DNA from: Camelus ferus
Lineage: Eukaryota
DNA: 64,000 nt
Reading direction: 5' to 3'
Assembly (NCBI RefSeq): GCF_009834535.1
Contig: NC_045697.1
Span: forward strand, 24,988,001 to 25,052,000
Of the stretch, positions 39,840-51,544 are shown piece by piece. Each line of letters begins with the position of its first letter. The stretch's first letter is position 1. Made by a program: the position numbers and the translations under genes. Under the pieces are notes generated by a model. The model was not told the DNA's origin and did not search any database. It saw only the letters and a list, made by a program, of their open reading frames with translations.

Positions 39840-42250
39840 ATAGATGTCAACAAAAATGGTGAAGTAAGGATCTCCAAAACTTCTCTCCTCCATAAGAGCA
39901 ATAAGAAAACTAGCAAGAATTGTCAGAATCATCTTTTTCAGAACTACAGAAATTAATGAAAGACTTGTAACAATCTAGGAGTGCTTAGTCAAGAAAAATG
40001 ACTGATTCTTTCTAAGAATTGTGAGCTTTATTGTATTTTTAACTTGCTCTAATCCCATTTCCCCATTCTCCAGCTGCATGTGAGCCCTGAAAACTAATAA
40101 CCAGCATTCATGGTAAAAATCAGCAGTTTTGCATGACTAGAGGGAACAGACTGGGGCTGGAGTTTCTTCAAAGTTCATTCCAAAAGAATTGTCATTATTT
40201 TATATATCTGTGGTTTTCTGAAAGATTCCACTAGCAATATTGTCTGTATTGGATCTAATTCAGAAATCACTCTATGTGAAAAGACTTTTCCCCAAAGGCA
40301 TTTATCAAAAACAATTACCAGCAATTTTTAAATATCACAGCCTGAGAAACTGTAAATAAGAGTAGGGGCAGATAACTAACAACAACAACAAATGTAAAGG
40401 AAAATCAAGATAATGAAATGTTCACAGAGGCTTCATGAAACTCTTTACATTCATGGGAATCTAGAAAGACACATGCACACTATTGCATCTTGCCTGACCA
40501 GGACTTTGAATGAACTTAGGAAAACCTGGGAAGGCCCTTATCTCTCTTCTCCAGCTAAGTTTTAGGATAATGCACTGAGTAAGAATTCAAGCCAAAGGCA
40601 GAACTGTCAACTGCAAGCCTGCATACTTAAAGTATAACCTACATTAATACAGAATTTGTTCACAAAGTTTGGGAAACTTCTTGGTTCCAGGCGATTAAGG
40701 AACCCTCTGGGCTATCATTAACCAACCACTAAATTAAGTGAATAGAGATTGCAATAAACAAACATCACAAACAATACTGACTTGACAGATTTATTACAGA
40801 AAAGTCACTAAACAGAAAACAGCTACATAAGTAGCAATAACAAAGACAGGCTGATGTCAAGAGTAGCCCCATTACATAATTTTAAATGTTCAGTTTTCAA
40901 CCAAAAATTACAAGATATGCAAAAACACAAGAAAATATGGCCTACATACAAGAAAAAAGGTATATCATAGAAACAATCTTGAAGAGATGCAGATGTTGAA
41001 CCTACTAAACACCTTAAATCAATTATTTTAAATATGTACAAAGAAGTAACAATAACAATGTCTACTGAACTAACACAAAGTAAAAGAATAACGTCTCATC
41101 AAATAGAGGATATCAAGAATGAGATAGTTTCTTTAAATAACCAAATAGAAATTCTAGAGTTGAAAAGTCTAATAACTACAATGAAAAATCACTAGAGGGG
41201 ATCAACAGAAGATTTGAGCAAGCAGAAAAAAAATAAACTTGAAGATGGGTCACTTGAGATTATCCCAGCTGAAAAACAACAACAAAAACATAAAGAATCT
41301 ATCAACAACAACAACAACAAAAAAAAAACAGTGCTAAAAAACAAGTTCAGCAATTTTGCAGAACATAAGATCAATATACTGAAATCACTTGTATTTCTAT
41401 ATACTAGCAATAAAAAATTGAAATTAAAATTAAGATAATTCCGATTACCATAACATCAAAAGTGACAAAATTCTCACAATAAATTAACCAAATTAAGCAG
41501 TTACTGTAAGTAGTAGTCCTCAAGACAAAAGTCATAAAAGGAAACTGAAGACCACCTAAATAAAGAGAAGATATACCATGTTTATGACTGGAAAACTTCA
41601 TATTGTTAAGATGACAAGATACTCCCTAAATTGATCTAAAGATTTAATGTAGTGAGAACAAGAATAAAAATATATATCAATGAAACAGAATTGAAAGTCC
41701 AGAGATAAACCCTTACATTTATTGTCAACTGACTTGCAACAAAGGTGCCAAACATAATTCAATAGAGAAAGAGTAGTCTTTTCAACAAATGGTGCTGGGA
41801 CAACTGGATATCCATGTGCAAAATAATGAATTTAGACCTTTATGTCACATTATGTACCAAAATTAACTAAAAATGGATTACACTCTTAAATGTAAAAACC
41901 AAAAATAAAAAAGAAACTTAGAACAAATATAGGAATACATGTCTGAAACTTGGTTTATGGTATATTTTCTTTGATATGATACTAAAGTACAAGAAACCAA
42001 AGAAAAACTGATAAATTGAAATTCATTAAAATTGAAAACTTCTGTGCTTCAAAGGACACTATTAAGAAAGGAAAAAAGACAGGTTATAGAATGGGGAAAG
42101 TATTTACAAATCATAAATCTGAAAAGGGTCTAGTATCCAGGATATATAAAAAGTATTTACAAGACAACAATAAAAAGACAAATCACCCAATTAAAATGGG
42201 CAAAAGATTTGAATAGGCAGTTCTCCAAAGAAGACATACATATGTCCAGT
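39840..42250 (+). mobile_element. Old L1 5' region, ORF1 and ORF2 fragments
   Basis: ORF1-like accaaatagaaattctagagttgaaaagt; ORF2 agtcttttcaacaaatggtgctgggacaactggata. Confidence 0.85.
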
Positions 42251-42619
42251 TAGCTTATACTAAAGAATGATGGCCAAACTGTAATGAAGGATTCAGATGC
42301 AAACCTGAGAATTTGGGAGTTTGACTAAATATATGCAATGTCATACAGTCCTTTTTTTATACCCCTTTCCTAGAATTATCATTCTTCTAGCTTTTTTTTT
42401 TTTTCAGTAGCTATCCTCCGCCAATAAACAAAATTCCAGGATAACAGGAATCATATCTGTCAGTTTATATTATACTCCCTAGGCCCAGCACTGATTATAT
42501 GGTACAGTACATGTTCAAACATTTGTTAGTTAAATACATGAACTAGAACAAGGGTCTCATCATGATTGGGATGATTTGGGGAATCACAATAATCTGTATA
42601 TAATTAAAATCAGATTATA

Positions 42620-44132
42620 GGCAAATGTCAGTTCTTCCCAACTTTTTCTATAGATTCAGTACAATCCCAGTCAAACCCACAGCAAGTTATTTTATGAACA
42701 TTGACAAACTGATTATAATATTTATATAGAGAGGCAAAAGACCCACAATAAGCAAAAACATTGAAAAAAGAAAAAAAACAAAGTTGGAGGACTGATGTTA
42801 CCCAATATCAAGACTTAACTGTAAAGCTACAATAATCAAGACAGTGTGGTATTGGTGAAGATATAGACAAATAGATCACTCAATAAAACAGAGAGTCCAG
42901 AAACAGACCCTCATAAACATAGTCAATGGATCTTTGATAAAGGAGCAAATGCAATACAATAGAACAAAGACAGCCTCTTCAACAAACGATGCTGGAACAA
43001 CTAGAAATCCATGTGCTAAAACTAAACAAAACAAAAAGTGAATATAGATGCAGACCTTACCTCCTTCACAAGAATTAATTTACACTATATCAGACACCTA
43101 AATGTCAAAATGCAAAACTGAAACTCCTAGAAGATAAAATAGAAGAAAACCTAGATGACCTTGGCAATGGTGATGCCTTTTTAGATACAACACCAGAGAC
43201 ACAGTTTGTTAAATAAAGAATTGATAAACTGGGCTTCTTTAAAGTTAAAAAAAATTTGTGCTTTGCAAAGGCAATACAAGAGAATTAGAAGACAAAGCAT
43301 AGTTTAGGAGAAAATATTTTCAAAAGACACATTTGATAAAGGTCTGCTATACACAATATACAAAGAACTCTTAAAACTAAACAATATGAAAACAAGCAAC
43401 CTGATTAGGAAATGGGCCAAAAACCTTAACAAAGAGGATGTACAGATGGCAAGTAAGTATATGAAAAGATTATCTACATCATATATCATCAGGGAAATGC
43501 AAATTAATGAACAATGAGATACCAATATAAACTTATAAGAATGGACAATATCTAGAACACCAATATTACCAAATGGTGGCAAGGATCTGAAGCAACTGGA
43601 ATTCTAATTCATTGTAAACTTTGGCACATCCAGACAATGGGATATTATTCAGTGATAAAAAAAATCAGCTATCAAAGTAATGAAAAGTTATGATGAATCA
43701 AATGCATATTACTAAATGAAAGCAGCTCATCTGAAAAGGCTACATACTGTACAATTCCAACTATGTTCTAGAAAAGACAAAACTACAGAGACAAAATATC
43801 AGTCGTTACCAGGGGTTGGGGATTGGGGAGAAATGAACAGGCAGAGCAGAGAGGATTTTTAGGGCTGTGAAATTACTGTGTATGACACAATGATGGATAT
43901 ATGTCACTATACTACATTTGTCCAAACCCATAGAATGGACAACAAGAGTAAATTCTAAGGTAAACTATGGACTTCAAGTGATTATATTTTAATACAGGTT
44001 TATCCTTGGTAAAAACTGTACCATTTCAGTGAGTGATGTTGATATAATAGAGAAGGCTATGTAGGGGGTACATGAGAAATTGCTAACTTCCCTTTCAGTT
44101 TTGTTGTAAACCTAAAAAAGCTCAAAAAATAC
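42620..44132 (+). mobile_element. L1MC-like ORF2 and 3'UTR
   Basis: aaagctacaataatcaagacagtgtggtattgg...tttgtccaaacccatagaat...ttgtaaacctaaaa. Confidence 0.9.
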
Positions 44133-44420
44133 ATTCAAAGGTGTTACATAACATAATAAATTTTTGTTTCTAAGGAGTACAACTAAGGGCAATTTTAGAA
44201 AGCTTGGAATTTATTTATTCTCTCATTAACTGTGGAACCTTCAAAAATTATAGAAGCCTAAGGATTCATGTTTTTCACACCAAAGAGAAAATGAATTCAA
44301 TTATCTAAAAGGTATATCCAGACGAAATAGTCTCTTTGTTCCATGTCTTTCTTTAGAACAAGTCTCTTTTTTCCTTTTATTTCTTTCCTTTCTTTCTTTC
44401 TTTTCTTTTTTTTTTTTTTC

Positions 44421-44750
44421 AAGAAAGGCAGATTGCCACAGGTGGCACCTCAGTTGGGTGTGTTTGGAGTTTGGAAGCTTGACTACCCAACATTCTCCTA
44501 CAAATGGACCCTACAGAGCTTGCTTGGGGTTCTAGTAGGGGAGCACAGCTACTCATATACCCTTGACCAAAGAGTGATCCTCCTCCATCAGGGAACACTG
44601 TCCCCTTTGACAGAGTACGCTGCAGCTATGGGAGGAACACACATGCAGTGATGAGGCTGGAGGGACAGCTGCCTAGCCAGCCAGATCAGCCGAATCAATC
44701 CTGAAGATCAATGGAGTGATGGATGTCACAGTCAGATCATCCTCATATTT
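44421..44750 (-). pseudogene. RN7SK: Full-length 7SK snRNA retropseudogene
   Basis: Reverse complement follows 7SK end to end (..TTGATTCGGCTGATCTGGCTGGCTAGGC..GGTCAAGGGTATA..GGTCCATTTGTAGGAGAA..TGTGGCAaTCTGCCTTTCTT). A-tail at 44372-44420; TSD aagtctcttttt (44360) / aagtttcgtttt (44751); CpG decay. Confidence 0.96.
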
Positions 44751-44861
44751 AAGTTTCGTTTTAAAATAAGTCCCAGAATTCTAAATCCATCAATATAAGT
44801 AAGAGAAAGGTAATCTTCATTCCTCTTTTTTCAATTTATTTATTTTTTTCTATTTTATTAG

Positions 44862-44940
44862 ACAACCTTACCTCTTATGTGAATAAATCCTCACATAGTT
44901 TGCCTGTGCTAATGAGTGTTCTATACTCTGGACCTATTTT
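44862..44940 (+). pseudogene. Relic EGF exon
   Basis: Strong acceptor ttttttctattttattag|; VNKS/HIVCLC*/YSGP versus EYS 'VPKSGTDIVCLCPYGRSGP' (recalled). Confidence 0.55.
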
Positions 44941-45149
44941 TTTAATCATGTTTTTTCTCATTAAAATCATACTATTTTACCTCCAATTCCCTATAGTCAA
45001 TTGAAACTTTAATTATATGATTTCCATCTTAATGCCTAGCATAACATATATGAACTCTCATGAACTTTTCTCTACATATGTCTCTATTTCCATTCTTCTC
45101 ATGTTCTGTGGTACAGAAATAGAACTCTTGAAAGTCAGATTTCCTCAAA

Positions 45150-45525
45150 ATTTCCATTAAATATTTGCATTTCCTCTCACATTTCTCCATCTGCCTGTCA
45201 TGTGTTCCAATATGTCAAAGTTTCCCACTTTCAAGACTCAGCTGTAAAAAGTTTTCTCTATGACCTAAGCCCTGTTGGGATAGAGATTTTTTTCTAAAAA
45301 TCTTTAACATTCACAGATAGAAATAAATGATTTCTTATTCTTCAAATTCAACATTATGTAATAGCATATATCCTCATTCCACTATATTATGTTAATTAAT
45401 TTATCTCCCTATTCAAGATTATAGAGACTTAGAGGATGTCATTTTGTCATGTAAATAGTTGGCTTATTAACATCTGACATTAATAGGCACATAGTAAAAT
45501 ACGTATGTGTTTGTAAATAAATAAT
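45150..45525 (+). mobile_element. Degraded L2 3' end
   Basis: tttcaagactcagct...ttatctccctattcaagattata...taataggcacatagtaaaat. Confidence 0.45.
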
Positions 45526-45647
45526 TAAATTAGAAAGAAATTTGGCATGATAATTTATTCTCAAACATGTTATTTATTTATTTACTTACTATAATGTTAC
45601 AAATGTAACATACAGATGTAACATCTTTGATGTAAAACTTGTGCCCC

Positions 45648-46437
45648 ATTAGAATGGAAGGTGCTGAACATAAATGACATAAAAGATCACAGGTCCACCT
45701 CTGAAGTGTTAATAGCTTACATAAGCATCAAAAACTGGAAAGGCTTCATCATTATTAGAAAAACTATGAAATATATATCACAGTAACATTTCTTAATGTG
45801 CTAACTCTAAGTTAGAATTAAAAATCAATACTGGGAAAATTTTTGGTGTAGTTGGTAGGGCTATTTTTAAGATAACTGCTTGTTAATCATGTTAGGCAAA
45901 AATATCTTCTCTGATCATTTCATACTGAACCTCAATTCTCAACTGCCAACACATGCATTTTTCAACCAAGTTGGGAAGTAACAAACACCTTGGTTCTGTA
46001 TAAGAAAGTAGCTACAGACAATTAACTAACAGCTACCCATTTCACCACAAAAAGTGAAGAAATTATGTTCTGCATGCAGCACATAATTCTGGGTAGCTCT
46101 GAGAAGAGTAGTACTTAACAGAAATTCTAAGTTCCATGTATCTTCAAAACACCCTTTTTCAGGTGTCATCTGTTTTTTTTTTATTATTTTTTTCAATAGA
46201 AATAAAACCAGTTTTTAGAGATCCTGATACCTCATATGTGTAGCTATTGACATTTTTGGTTCATGATAATGTATCTACCCTGAAGGCCACAGAAGATACC
46301 GAAATAAGATGGAGAAATAGGAAATACTTAACTTTGACAAACAATTGCCCTCTGGACCTGTGAATATCATTTGAGATCTGGGCAACGATTGTACAACGTT
46401 AGACAAATATTTATATAAAACTCTGTTGGATTCATTT
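45648..46437 (+). pseudogene. Relic LamG-EGF-EGF-LamG block resembling the EYS terminal exon
   Basis: Collinear fragments: MEG/LNINDI, FWCSW*G..NCL, FSTKLGSN...YRQLT (45959), FTTKSEEIMFCM (46041), MCSY*HF (46236), RKYLTL..C, RQIFI*NSVGFI (46401). Confidence 0.68.
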
Positions 46438-46783
46438 TATTATTTATGCTTTTTTATTTGCATTTTTTTTAACCTATAACCCATAGAACATCATGAATTT
46501 TTAAAATCTTGTATAGCATTAGATACTAGATGGGATACCCTTTTCCCCCAAGTGTTATGCCCATCTGACATCTTCTCATTAAATTGTTGGCTTACTCTTC
46601 CCTCAAATAAAAGGTATTTCAAACAACTGGAGTAACTTTTCATGTTCTGATATACTTTTCTCCCTTAGGGAAAGCAATATCCCAAAGTATAAAGGAAAGT
46701 TTTGACAACTGTAGACCAAGGAAGCTTTGAAGGGTATGTGGACAGAGGAGCGAGGTGACTCCTTTCTATTCTTTACTCCGCAG

Positions 46784-47120
46784 TGTGCGTGCCCTATATA
46801 GTCACCAAGGGACCTGTGAGTAGAGAGAAACGGTCTCCACTTGGAGTTCCTGCTGGTGTCCATTAGCTGGATGCTGGAAGGCTATGAAGTTACTTACCTG
46901 TTTTAACCAAACTCTGTTTGTCATGTCTACTGTTACCATTTTTGAGATCAACTCCACGATGTGTTTTAGCTATTAGTCACCTGTGACGCTGTTGTCTACA
47001 GAGATCCCCAGGCTATTCCTCACTTGAAAATATCCTTCACAGGTGCCATTTGTTCACGTACATGTAGGGATACCCGGGGCACAGTTTCAGATCATATTCC
47101 CTTGTACCTCGGCTTCAGAG
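46784..47120 (+). pseudogene. Relic EGF-EGF exon, relatively CpG-rich
   Basis: Strong acceptor tcctttctattctttactccgcag|; CVP/HQGTCE*...SCWCPL/AGRL*...TCFNQ...FSY...FTGAICS. Confidence 0.6.
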
Positions 47121-48084
47121 GCATAGGATTCAGTATTAGGAAATACAGCTACATATAATACTATCCAAGTCAACTGAGCCAGAACCACAAGACATACTTT
47201 TATTTTTTCACCAATATAATGTAAGACTTATGATGATAGACTTTTTTGTTAATTGCCAGATTGCCTGCAGATTGTTTAAAAAAAAAAAAAAACAGTGCCT
47301 GCCATATAGTAAATGCTTAATAAATATGTCTAACAAATATATTTCTAAACTTCTAAACCAAAATATTTTTTATTGGCCACTTGTCCAATTTGTGGATCTT
47401 ATATTAATACACAGAAATCACATTTTGTTTATAACTGGTACTAACACTAAAATGATCAAATGTACTAAACTGCTATATACATTCCTTTCGAAGTTCTGAT
47501 TTGTAACTGTATTCAAAGTCATTTTACAGCAGCTAGCTAAATAATTCAAGTAGGGAAAGAGTCATCTAAACATCTTATTTACTGAGTTAGCTTTATAAAT
47601 AATCATGAGATATTAGTCGTTTTTTTAAACTTCTCTAAACACTATGTTTTGGCATGGTTTATTGCTGGGCTATCTACATATGTTATACAGCACTCCTTGG
47701 TATAATAACTTTCATATCACATAAATAATACCATTTATCAGGTCAACCTTTTCAATGACAAGTATCTACCACAGAAATTACTTTAAAAGAGCTAAGAGAA
47801 AAAATTAATCTAACAACAAAATATGCTGCAAAATTTGATGGGACAAATATGTCATAAGAAAAATGTAAATATGTTCCTTATTTTTCTTTCAGTTTACATA
47901 GTGTGAAATGCACAGACCTGACGTGTGTAGTTTGACTGTTCTCGTGAATGAAAACACCTGTGTCACTGCCACTGTTTACCACTATATTTTTGCATGTTTA
48001 TCATTACCTGGAATTTTTAATAGTTTTTTTTTTTGAAGGCAGAGTTTATCTTTCTTTAAAATTGGTACTGCTCAAGAATCTTTA

Positions 48085-48500
48085 AAATGTCCAGAGCCCC
48101 CAGGATATCGAAATTTAAGATGATATTATAGTCAGGTGGTGACAGATGGTTCCTCTATTGCTAAAGCCTTAGAAGGATTCTGGGTAATCAAAATTTTGGC
48201 CTTGAATGTTTTTCTTATATGAAAGTTGATACCTGATATCTGATGTCTGCCTTGCAAGAAAGAAAGGTGTGTGATCAGAGAGCAAAGCCATCAAAGCATT
48301 GCTGAGTCACAGTGTGGTTTCTGCAGTGTAGAACAAATAGAAGCATTTGCAGAATCTATGTGAAAATCTTCCTTGCATTATTCTTTGAAGCCAGGCCCTC
48401 TGAGTATCAAATTTGAAAAGCTGGGATCATAATGAATCTTCGCTGGTATTTAATGCAGCTCTTTCACAACTGAAACAAGCAAAAACATCCTCAAGATGAA
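48085..48500 (+). pseudogene. Possible relic LamG segment
   Basis: ISKFK, TDG/LYC, YLMSAL, IFAG; weak match, but it follows the EGF pair as expected. Confidence 0.3.
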
Positions 48501-49425
48501 AATCATTACCTGAAATGATTTTTTTAACCAAAATCAGATCATTGCTATTTTATGGAGAAATCCTCAATAAAATGTTTTGGCTATCAGTTTGTCTTGATTT
48601 GTGGTAGGTTCGTGGTATATACTGTTTAACACCTAGTGGTTTTTCATGTGAAAGACTGTGGATATTAAAAAATAATAGCTCTTGGTACAAATAACCTATC
48701 TGAATGATATATAATATTAGAAAAGTAGTTTTGCTGAATCTAAGATTTCATTTTTGAATAGGAAATTATAGTGGATGATTTAACTTGGAAAAAAAAGGTT
48801 ATTTAGAAGGAAAATATTTGTATATCCATTTGAGTAACTTGCAGAAAAAAGGCCAATTAGCAAATCAAAGCCCTAGAAAATGATACATCCAGTTAATCTC
48901 TTCCTCTTTGATAAAAACAGATGAACAGAGAGGCTTTTCCTGCCCTGAAAAGCTTGCTAATGCTTATGAATAATGCCACATTGGGAATTATTAAAATTTA
49001 CTTTTAATGCAACCAAATTTCTCAATTTTTAATTTTTATTTTGGCATATCCCCCACTCCCAAGTTCAGGGTCCCCATGTTTCTATTCTATTCTCACAAAA
49101 CAAATTTTTGGGGTTCTTTATCCACAGTTTCGTGTAGAGATGAGGTCAGACTACTCTGAACTATGGAAGTGTTGGAACTGTAAGAGAACTATGGACTTGA
49201 TTTAAATTGATGAAGTTCTAGAAGCATGTTAGTCATCATCCTGTACTTGACAAGGGCCTCTTGAACCTCCCAGGGCCTTCAAAGCACCTTTGAAATAATA
49301 TCATACAGTCAAATATTTACATAAATCAATCTGGCCAAAAGAAACTATGTCAAAAACACAAGGGGAGATATGGGAAAGCTCTCTACAAATAACTGAAAAC
49401 TCAGAAACTCTCCTGAACTAGTAGA

Positions 49426-49427
<2 letters not shown>

Positions 49428-49465
<38 letters not shown>

Positions 49466-49469
49466 TGTG
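49428..49469 (+). repeat. (TG)n microsatellite
   Basis: About 21 units with one TA interruption. Confidence 0.95.
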
Positions 49470-50809
49470 ACTGTAGACCCTAACACGTTTTGCTAAATAT
49501 TAGCAGTATCATAGTAACTGTTTCAAAATAAATGAAAGAGGAAAATGAATAAAACAACCTATTTTTTCCAAAGTATGAGAAAATAATGGAATTTTACTGA
49601 ATAAAAGGCAACTTAAAATGTATCCAGATACTTATAATATGAAGTAATAAAAAGTAAGATGGGACTCTAGGAATCACATGGCCAAATCACCAAAGAAATA
49701 AAATTTTAAAAGATTAAAGTAACACATACAAAGCTGCAAAAGGGAATTTAATCCCCACATGCTCTCCAAACCCTCATTTTTGGCTGTCTGCAAGATATCT
49801 CTACTCAAATATCCTGCTGACACTTAAAACATAACGTGTCTATAGCCAAGCTCATTATTTTCTCAGTCTTCTCTGTGTTCCCATCACTGTCAACATCATC
49901 ATTATACTCCTGGCTCACCAGGCTATTAAATGTATAGTCATTTTTGATTTCTTCTTGTCCTTAGTCAACCATATCCCCTCTATCAAAGATCTTCTTCCAA
50001 AGAATTTTTCAAATTTGGTACCTACTTTAAGTTATTACAGTCAGAACCCTTTCCCATGTCACAGCCACTCTTCCGGAATAACTACTATAAAAATGTGTCT
50101 ACTGTCAAATTATATCTTCTTTTATTTGTCCAAATAATAAAGCAAAAACCATCATCATGATTTCATGACTTCTGAAGTCCAAATGTGGTCCCAATTTATA
50201 TCTTAATTAAATCAAAACCATAATTAATTTAATCAAGTTAAAACCATAATGAATTTCCCCAGGTTTCACTTTTATTCCCATCCTACATTTTCTTCCTGCA
50301 TAATTCTGTGTACTTCCAAATGCTCAATTGACTAACTGAATGGTGATGACAACAAAACACATTTCTCTCTCCTAAATTCTAGCCTCACAAACAAAAGCTA
50401 ATAGTTGATCTTAGTTTGCAACCACAGTTTTTTTTTTTTGCTGGTTGCTACTGGATTTATTGTGGTGATCATTTCACAATATATACATAGATTGAATCAT
50501 TGTTGTAACATGAAACTAATGTCATATTATATGTCATATACATCTCAATTTAAAAAGCCCCCGGAAACAAGAAAAAAAGAGATCAATTTTGACGTACCAC
50601 CTACACAATCAGAATTAACTGCATAGTGATTTTGTAAATGGAATCAGGTAACAACTTTTCTGCCTGTTACCTTTTATGTGTGTTATCTTAAAACTAAGGA
50701 AGCCAAAATGTCCATGAGTGGTGATGTAGGGCTGCCTGGTTCCCCAAAAAGCTGTGAGCTGTCAGATCCACCTATCCTGCCCCCAAAGGCAGCTGACTAC
50801 AGAACCACT

Positions 50810-50975
50810 ACAACTACACTCATTAAACACTTTATATATAACATTCAACCTTATAAGGTAGATATTATTATCTCTAGTACAGAAAAGAGAATATTAAGAC
50901 CCAGTTTGATTAAACTAACACATGATGGAGCCTGGCTATAGATTCAGACATGATGATTCAAGAGCCCACATGCTT
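50810..50975 (-). mobile_element. MIR fragment
   Basis: caaccttataaggtagatattattatctct...gattcaagagcccacatgctttt. Confidence 0.6.
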
Positions 50976-51544
50976 TTCTTCCTCTCCTTTATTCACATGA
51001 ATGTACAGCTAGTTTCCTATGGATCATCTCCATTTGACTGTTCCATGCTATCTTCTAACCTGTTTTATCCAGATAAAATCTATTATTATCACAGACATCC
51101 TACATCAAATTCTCTCTCCTGCTAAGAACATGGACACAAGTCAAGATTCCCTTGATTCATTTTACAGCTCTGACACTCAATTTTGGCTCTGTGATTGCAG
51201 GCAAGTGACTAATATTTCAAAGCCTCGAATTCTTCAACATCATTATGAAAGTCACTAGAATGAATGTTTTCCAACAGATAAAACAGTATATTTAAACAAA
51301 TGACTGAAAGTTATTCTTAGTATTATTGTTCTCAATGTCATTTCTTTTCCTCTTCTTTCCTTCCTTCCTCTCTCCCTCCCTCCCTTCTATCTTTACTTTT
51401 TTTTTTCTTTGAAAATAGATAGGCCTATAACTAGGTTTATAGTGATAAGTCTCATTCAAAAATGTCACTTCTGCAACAAAAGACTTCCCAGCCTCCTAGT
51501 TTATATTAAGAAATGGATTCTCAAACTTGGCACTAATGATTTTT

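Noticed and set aside
46762..46830. miRNA-like hairpin with a GAGTAGA end reminiscent of the miR-506 family
   Set aside because: The stem needs large asymmetric bulges, and its 5' arm is simply the polypyrimidine tract of the + strand acceptor.
46596..47148. Minus-strand exon pair with an 84-nt GT-AG intron (46897-46814) and ORF 46603-46863
   Set aside because: The upstream exon has stops in all frames and no recognisable product. The + strand EGF reading with its strong acceptor explains the region better. An antisense non-coding transcript cannot be excluded.
12126..48510. Scattered minus-strand peptide resemblances to GREB1
   Set aside because: They are short, out of order and partly reuse the same bases in different frames; consistent with chance.
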